Shown here: positions 9,111-17,620 of the stretch, piece by piece
Numbering within the stretch: position 1 is the first letter of the stretch
Layout of the letters: each line of letters opens with the position of its first letter
Virus record (IMG/VR): IMGVR_UViG_3300005805_000479
Coordinates: 1-24,319 of that record
From: a virus
Taxonomy: Duplodnaviria > Caudoviricetes
Reading direction: 5' to 3' (one strand)
DNA length: 24,319 bases
Made by a program: the position numbers and the translations under genes
The notes under the pieces: model-generated
The model's database searches: none
What the model was told of the DNA's origin: nothing
Seen by the model: the letters and a program-made list of their open reading frames with translations, nothing else

Positions 9111-9500
9111 ATGTCAATCTCACTTATAAAACTTACAAACGGGACTGAAATAATTGGTGATCTCATAAAAGCAGATGAAAAGATATTATTGAATGACCCC
9201 ATGCAAATAAATTACAAGCAAAACGAACATTCATCTTTACCTTCTATTTCATTTACAAGGTACTGTCCATTCTCTACAGAAAATATGTTTCAGTTTGACA
9301 AGAGCCTTGTACTTCATGTCACACCAATTAAGAAAGCTGTTGAAGACTTTTACATTCAAACTCTCATTGAATATAAAAACACAGCAGAAAAGTTTTTAGA
9401 AAACGAATTTGTCCAAGCAACATCAAAGATGAGTTCACCTGAGGAAGCAATGTATAGTAATTTTCTTAAAAAAGTGAGGATAGATGGATACCCCCAATAA
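9111..9500 (+). CDS. Conserved T4-like hypothetical protein, possibly Sm-like fold
   Basis: N-terminal IKLxNGxEIIG pattern; occupies the uvsW-gp55 slot seen in environmental T4-like phages. Confidence 0.6.
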   Translation: MSISLIKLTNGTEIIGDLIKADEKILLNDPMQINYKQNEHSSLPSISFTRYCPFSTENMFQFDKSLVLHVTPIKKAVEDFYIQTLIEYKNTAEKFLENEFVQATSKMSSPEEAMYSNFLKKVRIDGYPQ

Positions 9501-10077
9501 ACAAAATCATTATGTCGACAATAAAAAACTTTACGAAGCTATTATTGAATACAAACACAATGTACTAGAGGCAAGCAAGAACAATCGTCAGAAACCACCA
9601 ATACCAAATTATGTTGGTGAGTGTATTCTAATGATTGCTACAAGACTTAGTACAAAACCAAACTTCGTAAATTATTCTTATCGAGAAGAAATGATTAGCG
9701 ATGGGGTAGAGAATTGTATTTGTTACTTTGACAATTTTGATCCTTCAAAGACAAATAATCCTTTCGCCTACTTCACACAAATTATTTACTACGCATTTCT
9801 GAGACGAATACTAAAAGAAAAGAAACAGCTTTACATTAAACATAAGACACTTGAAAATTCTTTGATTCTTCATACTTTAGCTGAGCAAGGTGAACTTAGT
9901 GATGTTGATATAACACCTACTGTTGTTGATCTTGACAATGAGAACATGTTTGACTTTATTAAATCTTTCGAGGACAATCTACTGGCTAAGAAAAATAAAA
10001 AGTCAAAAAAGGGTATTGAAAAGTTCATCGAAGAAAGTGAAGAGGATGTGACCATTGAAAGCAGTAATAATAACTGA
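9484..10077 (+). CDS. gp55: Sigma factor for late transcription (T4 gp55-like)
   Basis: HYVDNK, IATRLSxKPNFxNYSYREEMISDG and NPFAYFTQIIYYAFLRRIxKEKKQ motifs. Confidence 0.95.
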   Translation: MDTPNKQNHYVDNKKLYEAIIEYKHNVLEASKNNRQKPPIPNYVGECILMIATRLSTKPNFVNYSYREEMISDGVENCICYFDNFDPSKTNNPFAYFTQIIYYAFLRRILKEKKQLYIKHKTLENSLILHTLAEQGELSDVDITPTVVDLDNENMFDFIKSFEDNLLAKKNKKSKKGIEKFIEESEEDVTIESSNNN

Positions 10078-11116
10078 TCAGCACTTTGGTGCAAGAAACG
10101 ATAATCCAGCTTTTCTAGACTACTACGAGAAGTTCTACAGTCAAACGTTTTTTCCTTTTATCGATCAACATCAAATTAAATGTGTGTTGATTCTTGGAGA
10201 CACGTTTGATCGTAGAAAGTTTATTAACTTTAATTCTCTTAAGAGAACCAAAGAGATGTTCTTTGAACCTCTTTTGGAAAGAAAAATTAGAGTGTTCATG
10301 TTAGCTGGTAACCATGACACATACTATAAAAATACCAATGATGTTAATTCTCCATCGCTAGTTCTTAGAGAATATCCAAACATACAGATTATCGATGAAC
10401 CTCAAGATGTCCAAGTATATGGTTTAGATATTTGTATGATGCCCTGGATATGCACTGAGAATGTAAATCAATCTTTGAAACTACTTCAAGATACTAAAGC
10501 TCAGATCTGTATGGGTCATTTTGAGATACAAGGCTTTGCAATGTATAAAGGCTTAGAATCTCACGAGGGTATGAAGCAAGAATTGTTTCAGAAGTTTGAT
10601 ATGGTGTTCTCTGGACACTACCATCACAAGTCTGACAACGGTCATATTTTCTACCTTGGTAATCCTTATGAACTAACTTGGCAAGATTATAATGACACAA
10701 GAGGGTTTCACCTGTTTGATCTAAAGACAAGAGAACTTGAGTTTATAGAAAATCCATTTAAGATGTTTTACAAGATTATATACGATGATCTGAACAAGAC
10801 TTTCGAAGATGTTTTAGAAACTGATTTCTCATATCTCAAAGACTCTTTTGTTAAAGTAATTGTAAAAAATAAAACTAATCCTTATTGGTTTGATTTGTAT
10901 ATTGAGAAACTTGAAAAGGTTGGCTTAACAGATGTACAAGTAGTTGAGGACCACCTTAACTTGAATCTAGAAGGAGATGATGATATTGTTAATGAAGCAG
11001 AAGATACAATGACCATTCTCAAAAAATATATTGACAGTATCGAGATTGATACGGACAAACAGAGACTAGATAAACTAATTAGAAGTTTGTATGATGAAGC
11101 TCTAAGTGTTGAGTAA
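10055..11116 (+). CDS. gp47: Recombination endonuclease subunit, Mre11/SbcD-like (gp47), TTG start
   Basis: Metallophosphoesterase motifs TDQHFG, LGDxFD, GNHD, GHFE, SGHYH and YLGNP. Confidence 0.95.
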   Translation: MKAVIITDQHFGARNDNPAFLDYYEKFYSQTFFPFIDQHQIKCVLILGDTFDRRKFINFNSLKRTKEMFFEPLLERKIRVFMLAGNHDTYYKNTNDVNSPSLVLREYPNIQIIDEPQDVQVYGLDICMMPWICTENVNQSLKLLQDTKAQICMGHFEIQGFAMYKGLESHEGMKQELFQKFDMVFSGHYHHKSDNGHIFYLGNPYELTWQDYNDTRGFHLFDLKTRELEFIENPFKMFYKIIYDDLNKTFEDVLETDFSYLKDSFVKVIVKNKTNPYWFDLYIEKLEKVGLTDVQVVEDHLNLNLEGDDDIVNEAEDTMTILKKYIDSIEIDTDKQRLDKLIRSLYDEALSVE

Positions 11117-11118
11117 AT

Positions 11119-12831
11119 ATGATTCTATTTAAAACTATTCGTTATAAAAACCTTCTTTCGTCTGGCAACAACTTCACAGAGATCTTTCTAAACAGAAATC
11201 ATTCTACACTTATTGTTGGAGAAAACGGAGCAGGTAAATCTTCCATACTCGATGCATTGTGTTTTGCATTGTATGGGAAACCTTTTCGTAAGATCAATAA
11301 GGGTATGTTGGTTAACTCCATCAATGGAAAGAATCTTGTTGTTGAGTTAGAGTTTCAGATAGGTAAAAGAGAATACAAGATACGAAGAGGTATCAAACCA
11401 AATATATTTGAAATATATCAAGATGGAGAGATTCTAAATCAAAATGCAGAGTCTAAAGAATACCAAGAACATCTAGAAAAAAATATTCTCAAACTTAATC
11501 ACAAATCGTTTAGTCAAATTGTAGTTCTTGGATCTGCTTCGTTTGTTCCTTTCATGCAATTAACTGCTCAGAATAGACGAGAAGTTATTGAAGACTTATT
11601 AGATATCCAGATCTTCTCTACAATGAACCAATTGCTGAAAGAAAAGATACAATCCAATAAGAATGATATTTTAAGTGTTGATTACAACTTAAAGTTGTTT
11701 GCTGAAAAGATTGACATGATCAAAAAACATATTGTTCAGCTTAAGCAAAACAACGATGAGTTAATTACACAGAAGCAAAACAAGATAAACGAGTTAGAAA
11801 AAGAAGTACAAGAGTTATTTGAAAAGATAACTTCATGTAATACTAGCATAGGCACTTTCAGTAAAGTAATTGAGTCTAAACAGAAACTAGACACAAAGTT
11901 TAGTAAGCTAAAGACTCTTCAAAGTCAATTGGATGTTAAGTTTCAAAAACTAGAAAAAGAAATAACCTTCTTTGGTAGTCACGATCAATGTCCAACATGT
12001 TTACAAGGTATTGATCATGAACACAAGCAAGAGATTGTTGATAAAGACAACAACCAGTTAAATGAAATAGTTTCTGCCAAAGAAAAGATACAAAGTGAAT
12101 ACGATCTAATCGAACAACAGTTAAATGAAGTTGCAGAAGTTAATTCAAAGATATCTGAATTAAACAAAGAAATATCCAACCACAATATTCAAGTTCAAAC
12201 ACTGAGATCTTTTATTCAAGGTATCACTAAAGAAATTTCAGAAATACAAAACGATAAAAATGTTGGTGAAGATAATTCAGATGAATTGAAATTAGTTAAG
12301 CAGCAATTGAAGGAAGCTATAACCCAGAAAGAAGAATTACAAAAGGATAAACAGACATTAGATGTTGCTGCTCTTTTGTTGAGGGATAGTGGTATTAAAA
12401 CTAGAATCATAAAGCAGTATGTACCAATTATGAATAAGTTAATTAACAAGTACCTTGCAGCAATGGACTTCTTTGTTAACTTTGAGTTGGATGAGAACTT
12501 TCAAGAAAAGATTAAGTCTCGTTTTAGAGATGAGTTTACCTATGATTCTTTTTCAGAAGGTGAGAAGATGAGGATTGATTTGAGTCTTCTCTTTACATGG
12601 AGAGCTATAGCCAAGTTGCGTAACTCTGCTTCCACTAACCTGTTAATCATGGATGAAGTGTTTGACAGTTCTCTGGATGGTGCTGGTACAGAAGAGTTTA
12701 TGAAAATCATAGAAGGGTTGCATAACGACACTAACATCTTTGTAATCAGTCACAAAGGTGATCAGCTCTATGATAAGTTTCAGCATGTAATTAAATTTCA
12801 AAAACACAAAAATTTTTCGCGAATGGCATAA
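11119..12831 (+). CDS. gp46: Recombination endonuclease ATPase subunit, Rad50/SbcC-like (gp46)
   Basis: Walker A GENGAGKS, zinc hook CPTC within a coiled coil, signature FSEGEK, Walker B LIMDEVFD and H-loop VISH. Confidence 0.96.
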   Translation: MILFKTIRYKNLLSSGNNFTEIFLNRNHSTLIVGENGAGKSSILDALCFALYGKPFRKINKGMLVNSINGKNLVVELEFQIGKREYKIRRGIKPNIFEIYQDGEILNQNAESKEYQEHLEKNILKLNHKSFSQIVVLGSASFVPFMQLTAQNRREVIEDLLDIQIFSTMNQLLKEKIQSNKNDILSVDYNLKLFAEKIDMIKKHIVQLKQNNDELITQKQNKINELEKEVQELFEKITSCNTSIGTFSKVIESKQKLDTKFSKLKTLQSQLDVKFQKLEKEITFFGSHDQCPTCLQGIDHEHKQEIVDKDNNQLNEIVSAKEKIQSEYDLIEQQLNEVAEVNSKISELNKEISNHNIQVQTLRSFIQGITKEISEIQNDKNVGEDNSDELKLVKQQLKEAITQKEELQKDKQTLDVAALLLRDSGIKTRIIKQYVPIMNKLINKYLAAMDFFVNFELDENFQEKIKSRFRDEFTYDSFSEGEKMRIDLSLLFTWRAIAKLRNSASTNLLIMDEVFDSSLDGAGTEEFMKIIEGLHNDTNIFVISHKGDQLYDKFQHVIKFQKHKNFSRMA

Positions 12832-12841
12832 TGGAGTTAAA

Positions 12842-13348
12842 ATGATTTTAGAATTACTGAAACCTAATCATCCAATGTTAAGAATGAAGTTGGATCCTTT
12901 TGACTTTAACAATCCACCTGTTGATCCTTTTGAGCTTTCAAACAATCTTATTGAGACAATGGTACACAATAAAGGTTTGGGACTTTCTGCTAATCAATGT
13001 GGACTACCATATCGAGTGTTTGTAATGTGGTCTAGTCCTACAAAGATTTGTTTTAACCCAAGACTTGTTGATCAGACTTCAGAAGAAGTTTTACTTGATG
13101 AAGGTTGTTTGTCTTATCCTAATTTGCTTGTAAAGATAAAAAGATCTAAAGTTATTAAAGTTAGATATCAGGACGAGATGGGAAAAGTACAAAATGAAAA
13201 GTTCATTGGTATGACAGCTAGATGCTTTCTGCACGAGCTTGACCACATGGATGGAATAGTGTATACTTCGAGAGCAAACCCTATCCATCTTAATCGTGCA
13301 AGAAACCAACAGAAACTTGTTGAACGTGAAATTAAAAGGAACAAATAA
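12842..13348 (+). CDS. def: Peptide deformylase
   Basis: All three PDF motifs present: GLGLSANQ, EGCLS and HELDH. Confidence 0.93.
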   Translation: MILELLKPNHPMLRMKLDPFDFNNPPVDPFELSNNLIETMVHNKGLGLSANQCGLPYRVFVMWSSPTKICFNPRLVDQTSEEVLLDEGCLSYPNLLVKIKRSKVIKVRYQDEMGKVQNEKFIGMTARCFLHELDHMDGIVYTSRANPIHLNRARNQQKLVEREIKRNK

Positions 13349-14205
13349 TGTCTAAACTTAAAGTAGCAGAAATATTCTATTCGATTCAAGGTGAGGGACG
13401 CTTTATGGGCGTCCCTAGTATATTCTTAAGAACATTTGGTTGTAATTTTACTTGTTCTGGATTTGGTATGCCTCGAGGTGTTGCAAGTACAGAACGAGAT
13501 GAAATAGCTAAGAACATTAGTCTCTATAAGAACTACAAAGATCTACCTTTAGTAACTACTGGATGTGATTCTTATGCTTCTTGGGATCCAAGATTTAAAG
13601 ATCTTTCACCACTTCTTACTACAGATGCAGTGACAGATAGAATAATGGAATTATTACCAGGAAATACTTGGAACAGTGTTCACTTAGTTATAACTGGTGG
13701 GGAACCTCTTTTAGGATGGCAGCGATCATATCCAGATCTTCTTGATCATCCTAAGACCAAAGGTTTGCTTGATGAGATTACTTTTGAGACTAATGGTACA
13801 CAGAAACTTTCTAGTGAATTCTTTTCATATCTCTTTCATGAATTCACTCGGTCTGGAAGAGCATATGATAAATTAACTTTCTCTGTGTCTCCTAAGTTAT
13901 CTGTTTCTGGAGAGAAATGGGACGAAGCTATTCGACCAGATATTATAAATCAATATCAGCAAGTAGGTTACACATATCTAAAGTTTGTAGTAGCTAATGA
14001 CGATGATGTAAATGAAGCTGAACAGGCAGTCAATGAGTATCGAAAAGGTGGTTTTGGTGGACCTGTCTATATTATGCCTTGTGGTGGTGAAGAAATTATG
14101 TACAACAAGCACAAGACTAAAGTTGCTGAGCTTGCAATGAAAAAGGGTTGGAGGTATAGTGATCGTTTGCAAATACCTTTATTTAAAAATGCCTGGGGAA
14201 CATGA
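13348..14205 (+). CDS. queE: 7-carboxy-7-deazaguanine synthase (radical SAM)
   Basis: EIFYSIQGEG, FLRTFGCNFTC...GCDS, VITGGEPLL, FETNG, VSPK, LKFVV and RLQI..F motifs; clustered with queD and folE. Confidence 0.88.
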   Translation: MSKLKVAEIFYSIQGEGRFMGVPSIFLRTFGCNFTCSGFGMPRGVASTERDEIAKNISLYKNYKDLPLVTTGCDSYASWDPRFKDLSPLLTTDAVTDRIMELLPGNTWNSVHLVITGGEPLLGWQRSYPDLLDHPKTKGLLDEITFETNGTQKLSSEFFSYLFHEFTRSGRAYDKLTFSVSPKLSVSGEKWDEAIRPDIINQYQQVGYTYLKFVVANDDDVNEAEQAVNEYRKGGFGGPVYIMPCGGEEIMYNKHKTKVAELAMKKGWRYSDRLQIPLFKNAWGT

Positions 14206-14882
14206 TGACCAAATATATTTTGCCAGTACAGTATGACACTGCAACACATGATCATTATATTCAATTTCCTGATGAAGTCTTGAAGGAGGTTGGATGGAAG
14301 ATTGGTGATACACTTGTATGGCATGATAATAAAGACGGATCTTTTGTTTTATCTAATAAGGAAGAGGATATGGAAGGAAGGTTACAGCCAGTAGTTTATA
14401 AGTTTGTTAGTACTAAAGAGTTTGTTGATGCATTTCCTTGTGCATATAGACAATGGAAAGCTGATAGTCATTGTAATATGATTCATGGGTATTCTTTTTC
14501 TATGCGTTTTTGGTTTGGTAGCAATGACCTTGATATTCGTAATTGGGTTGCTGATTATGGTGGTTTCAAAGAACTTAAAGAAGTACTACAAGATCAATTT
14601 GATCATACTCTTTTAGTTGCTCAAGATGATCCAGAGATTGCAATGTTCCATGAGTTGGAAAGAAAGAAGTTAGCCAAACTAACTATCCTGCCAAGACTTG
14701 GTTGTGAAGGTTTAGCCGATATGTTGTACAAGTACATTAATGGAGTTTACATTCCAGATATGTGGGGACCTGGTGAAGCTTCAAGGGTTTGGTGCTTTAG
14801 AGTAGAAGTAAGGGAAACTCAAGCTAATATGGCCTTTAGAGAAGGTCATAGAGAATGGAACGAAGATCTGTTTGAGGAGTAA
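14202..14882 (+). CDS. queD: 6-carboxytetrahydropterin synthase (QueD/PTPS) with an N-terminal AbrB/MazE-like domain
   Basis: The C-terminal T-fold part has CxxxHG(Y), WVxDYGG, FDHT, GCEGLA and VEVRETxxN. The first ~56 aa (IQFPDEVLKEVGWKIGDTLVW...DGSFVL) resemble a swapped-hairpin domain. Confidence 0.85.
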   Translation: MMTKYILPVQYDTATHDHYIQFPDEVLKEVGWKIGDTLVWHDNKDGSFVLSNKEEDMEGRLQPVVYKFVSTKEFVDAFPCAYRQWKADSHCNMIHGYSFSMRFWFGSNDLDIRNWVADYGGFKELKEVLQDQFDHTLLVAQDDPEIAMFHELERKKLAKLTILPRLGCEGLADMLYKYINGVYIPDMWGPGEASRVWCFRVEVRETQANMAFREGHREWNEDLFEE

Positions 14883-14883
14883 C

Positions 14884-15240
14884 ATGGAATTAGCATACAT
14901 TTTATTTGGCTTTCTTGTTGGTTTTTTTACAATGTTGGGATATACTGGTTATGTTAAGTATCAACGAGCAAAAAGAGCCTACTTTCATACCAAGTCGATG
15001 TTGGATGAACTACAAGAAAAAATTATCTATTGTAAAATGGAATTTGTAGACAATGAGATTTTTATCTACAGGAAGAAAGATAGTCTTTTCTTAGCAAGAT
15101 CTAAGGACTTGAAAGATCTTGACGAGCAATTACAAAAGATGCATCCAGACAAGTACTTTGACGTAGATGAAGATCAGATTGAAGAGGCTAAGTTTATTTC
15201 CAAGTTGAATGAAAGAGAAGAAAAGGGTAAAACAGTATAA
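14884..15240 (+). CDS. Hypothetical protein with an N-terminal transmembrane anchor
   Basis: ATG 14884 follows a GAGGAG RBS (track start 14872). Hydrophobic LAYILFGFLVGFFTMLGY segment followed by basic residues. Confidence 0.7.
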   Translation: MELAYILFGFLVGFFTMLGYTGYVKYQRAKRAYFHTKSMLDELQEKIIYCKMEFVDNEIFIYRKKDSLFLARSKDLKDLDEQLQKMHPDKYFDVDEDQIEEAKFISKLNEREEKGKTV

Positions 15241-15923
15241 TGGAAAAACATTTATCTCAGGTTATACGAGAAAGACTTAAAGCTAGTAATAAACGATTCT
15301 TTGCTGGAGATAATATCTCTGAGTTTATTAGCGAAGAAGAAGTTGACAAGCTGGTTCTAGAAGTAAAAGATAAGTTTCAAGGAGTACTAGAATCTCTTGT
15401 GATTGACACAGACAATGATCCTAACAGTAAGGATACTGCTAAGCGTTTAGCTAAGATGTATGTTTATGAACTTATGGCTGGACGATATGAGAAGCGACCA
15501 GATGTTACTTCTTTCCCTAACGAAGGACACGAGCGTTTTGAGGGTATGTTAGTTGTTAGAGCCGAGCTCGTATCGATGTGCTCCCATCACCACCAGCCTG
15601 TAAAGGGAACGGCTATAATCGGTATTATACCTACTGGGTATGTTATTGGTTTATCGAAGTATGCTAGGATTGCTCAATGGTGTGCAAGGCGTGGTACATT
15701 GCAAGAAGAGTTAGCTAATCAGATAGCTAGAGAGATTATGAATGCTACTGATACTGAGAATGTTGCTGTCTACATTGAAGCTACGCATGGATGTATGGAG
15801 AATAGAGGAGTGATGGCCCATTCAAGCCTTACTCAGACAGCTGTAGTACATGGACTCTTTCATAATGATTCTGTTAAGGCAGAGTTCTATAACCATGTTA
15901 AAATGCAAATGAGTCGTTGCTAA
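15240..15923 (+). CDS. folE: GTP cyclohydrolase I
   Basis: TAKRLAKMY, SMCSHH, IGLSK, LQEEL and HGCMxxRGV motifs. Confidence 0.96.
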   Translation: MEKHLSQVIRERLKASNKRFFAGDNISEFISEEEVDKLVLEVKDKFQGVLESLVIDTDNDPNSKDTAKRLAKMYVYELMAGRYEKRPDVTSFPNEGHERFEGMLVVRAELVSMCSHHHQPVKGTAIIGIIPTGYVIGLSKYARIAQWCARRGTLQEELANQIAREIMNATDTENVAVYIEATHGCMENRGVMAHSSLTQTAVVHGLFHNDSVKAEFYNHVKMQMSRC

Positions 15924-16327
15924 TGAAAGTTTATCTTGCTAAGTTCACTTTAAACAACAAAGTGATGTATAAAATTGGTCATACCAAATACTTTAATTCA
16001 ATTACAAGATTTGAAAAAGACGAGTATGATGTATTTGATAATGTAGAGATACTTGACGACATATATGTTGAACATAAAGATGCAATTGTAGCAAGACAGA
16101 TGTCTAAGTTAGTAGAGGCTTGCTTGCAAGCATATTTTCCAAAAGATTTTAGATTGGAGGAATATTTTCAAACAGAAGAGAAATTCTTTGACGGATTATC
16201 TGGTATAACAGAGTGTTTTATCCTAAATAATCAAACAGAAGAATCTTTGTTAGAAGTGTTTCGTCGTGTTAAACGTGAAGTGGGGTATATAATAAATGAG
16301 TACAAGTCCAACAAGTGGCACTATTGA
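15923..16327 (+). CDS. GIY-YIG-like (T5orf172/MUG113-type) nuclease-domain protein
   Basis: VYL...YKIGHT...R at the N-terminus, a central E (VEA) and GITECF near the C-terminus. ATG 15923 overlaps the folE stop (TAATG). Confidence 0.55.
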   Translation: MKVYLAKFTLNNKVMYKIGHTKYFNSITRFEKDEYDVFDNVEILDDIYVEHKDAIVARQMSKLVEACLQAYFPKDFRLEEYFQTEEKFFDGLSGITECFILNNQTEESLLEVFRRVKREVGYIINEYKSNKWHY

Positions 16328-16757
16328 GCATGATCAAGTGAAAGCAGAAATCTACCAACCTATTCCTCCTCGATCCTTTATCTGGGTCACTTTTCAAAAA
16401 GAAGGTATACACAAGTATCCAGCAGCTGCTACAGATCCTAATCTAGCAACTGGTGACTGGCTTGATGTTAGTTTTCTAGGAACTCCCCATCGCCATATCT
16501 TTCATTTCAGAGTAGAAATGGAAGTCTTCCATGACGATAGGGATGTAGAGTTTATTCAGGCAAAACGTATTATGGAAAGATGGTACAATGATGGTACACT
16601 ACAGCTTGATTACAAGTCCTGTGAAATGATGGCCAAAGAACTTTACACTAAGTGTATTCACAAATGGCCAGATCGAGATTATGTAATTGAAGTGTCAGAA
16701 GATGGTGAGAATGGATGTAGGATTGTTTTTGATAAGCGTAGGAGAGTAAATCGATGA
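16296..16757 (+). CDS. dpdL: QueD-paralog T-fold protein, DpdL-like (putative CDG decarboxylase)
   Basis: EGIH, LGTPHRHIF (LxxxHRHxF at 16476-16502), DRDVEFI, SCExxA and VxEDGENG; lacks the QueD catalytic Cys. The motif matches my recollection of DpdL; located in a folE/queD/queE cluster. Confidence 0.7.
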   Translation: MSTSPTSGTIEHDQVKAEIYQPIPPRSFIWVTFQKEGIHKYPAAATDPNLATGDWLDVSFLGTPHRHIFHFRVEMEVFHDDRDVEFIQAKRIMERWYNDGTLQLDYKSCEMMAKELYTKCIHKWPDRDYVIEVSEDGENGCRIVFDKRRRVNR

Positions 16758-17620
16758 TTAATTTTTGTCACATAGTACCAACTAAGCTGTTGAGTGAGTT
16801 TACACCCTATAATGGTGCTCACTTATTGTTAGCTCACTTAGTTGAGTCTGATCGTGAATACCAAAGTTTCTATAATTCATTGTATGATGGCAAAGAAAGA
16901 ATTATGGATAACTCTGCATTTGAGATGTACAAAGCAGGCCTTCCAATGTACGATAGTACCAAGCTAGTTACTCTTGCAAAGACTTGTCGTGCAGACTATG
17001 TTGTAATGTCAGACTATCCCAAAGAGGATGGTTTAAAGACAATCAAGGCAGCTAAAGAATTGGCTTTTAGGATCAAAGATGCTGGTATGAAAACTTTCTT
17101 TTGTCCTCAATCTGAAAAGGGTGATATTGATGATCTTATGTTATCCATCGAATGGGCATTAGACAGTAACATTGTAGATCGTATTGGTATTTCTATTCTC
17201 AACTGTCCTATTGCTCTTGGTATCGAAGAAACAAAGCATGGTGAGGAACATACAAGAAAAGACTGGTTTAAACTTCAAAGGTTTATGAGTAGATGGGCTA
17301 TCTTTAGAGAGATGGAAAAAAGACATTTGCTTAGCGATTGGGAGAAAGCACATAAAAAGTTTCACTGTCTTGGTATGACAGATGGTCCAAGGGAAATAGA
17401 ATTGTTGGCTCCATATAAAGAATTTATTGCGACATGGGATTCAAGTGCTGCTGTATGGGCTGGTTTACATTTCATAGATTTTGACAAGTCTCCAACTGGC
17501 TTAATAGAAGGTAAGTTTGAAAAAGAAGTTGACTTTTCTTGGGACGAAGAGTATGATTCTGATCACGTTTCAAGTATTCGTCATAACATTCAATACATTA
17601 ATCGACTATGCAAAAGTTAA
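16754..17620 (+). CDS. dpdA: TGT/DpdA-like 7-deazaguanine transglycosylase (possibly DpdA3-type)
   Basis: TIM-barrel TGT-like motifs in the expected order: IMDNSAFE (cf. DSGAF), VVMSD, FHCLG (cf. HxLG) and TWDSS; ATGA overlap with the dpdL-like gene. Subfamily is inferred. Confidence 0.68.
   Translation: MINFCHIVPTKLLSEFTPYNGAHLLLAHLVESDREYQSFYNSLYDGKERIMDNSAFEMYKAGLPMYDSTKLVTLAKTCRADYVVMSDYPKEDGLKTIKAAKELAFRIKDAGMKTFFCPQSEKGDIDDLMLSIEWALDSNIVDRIGISILNCPIALGIEETKHGEEHTRKDWFKLQRFMSRWAIFREMEKRHLLSDWEKAHKKFHCLGMTDGPREIELLAPYKEFIATWDSSAAVWAGLHFIDFDKSPTGLIEGKFEKEVDFSWDEEYDSDHVSSIRHNIQYINRLCKS

Noticed and set aside
13348-15923. Reading queE/queD/folE as host-supporting queuosine or folate auxiliary genes, or QueE as NrdG
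   Set aside because: No queC, queF, queA, folate genes or nrdD in the window; adjacent DpdA-like and DpdL-like genes favour DNA modification. Not fully excluded without the rest of the genome.
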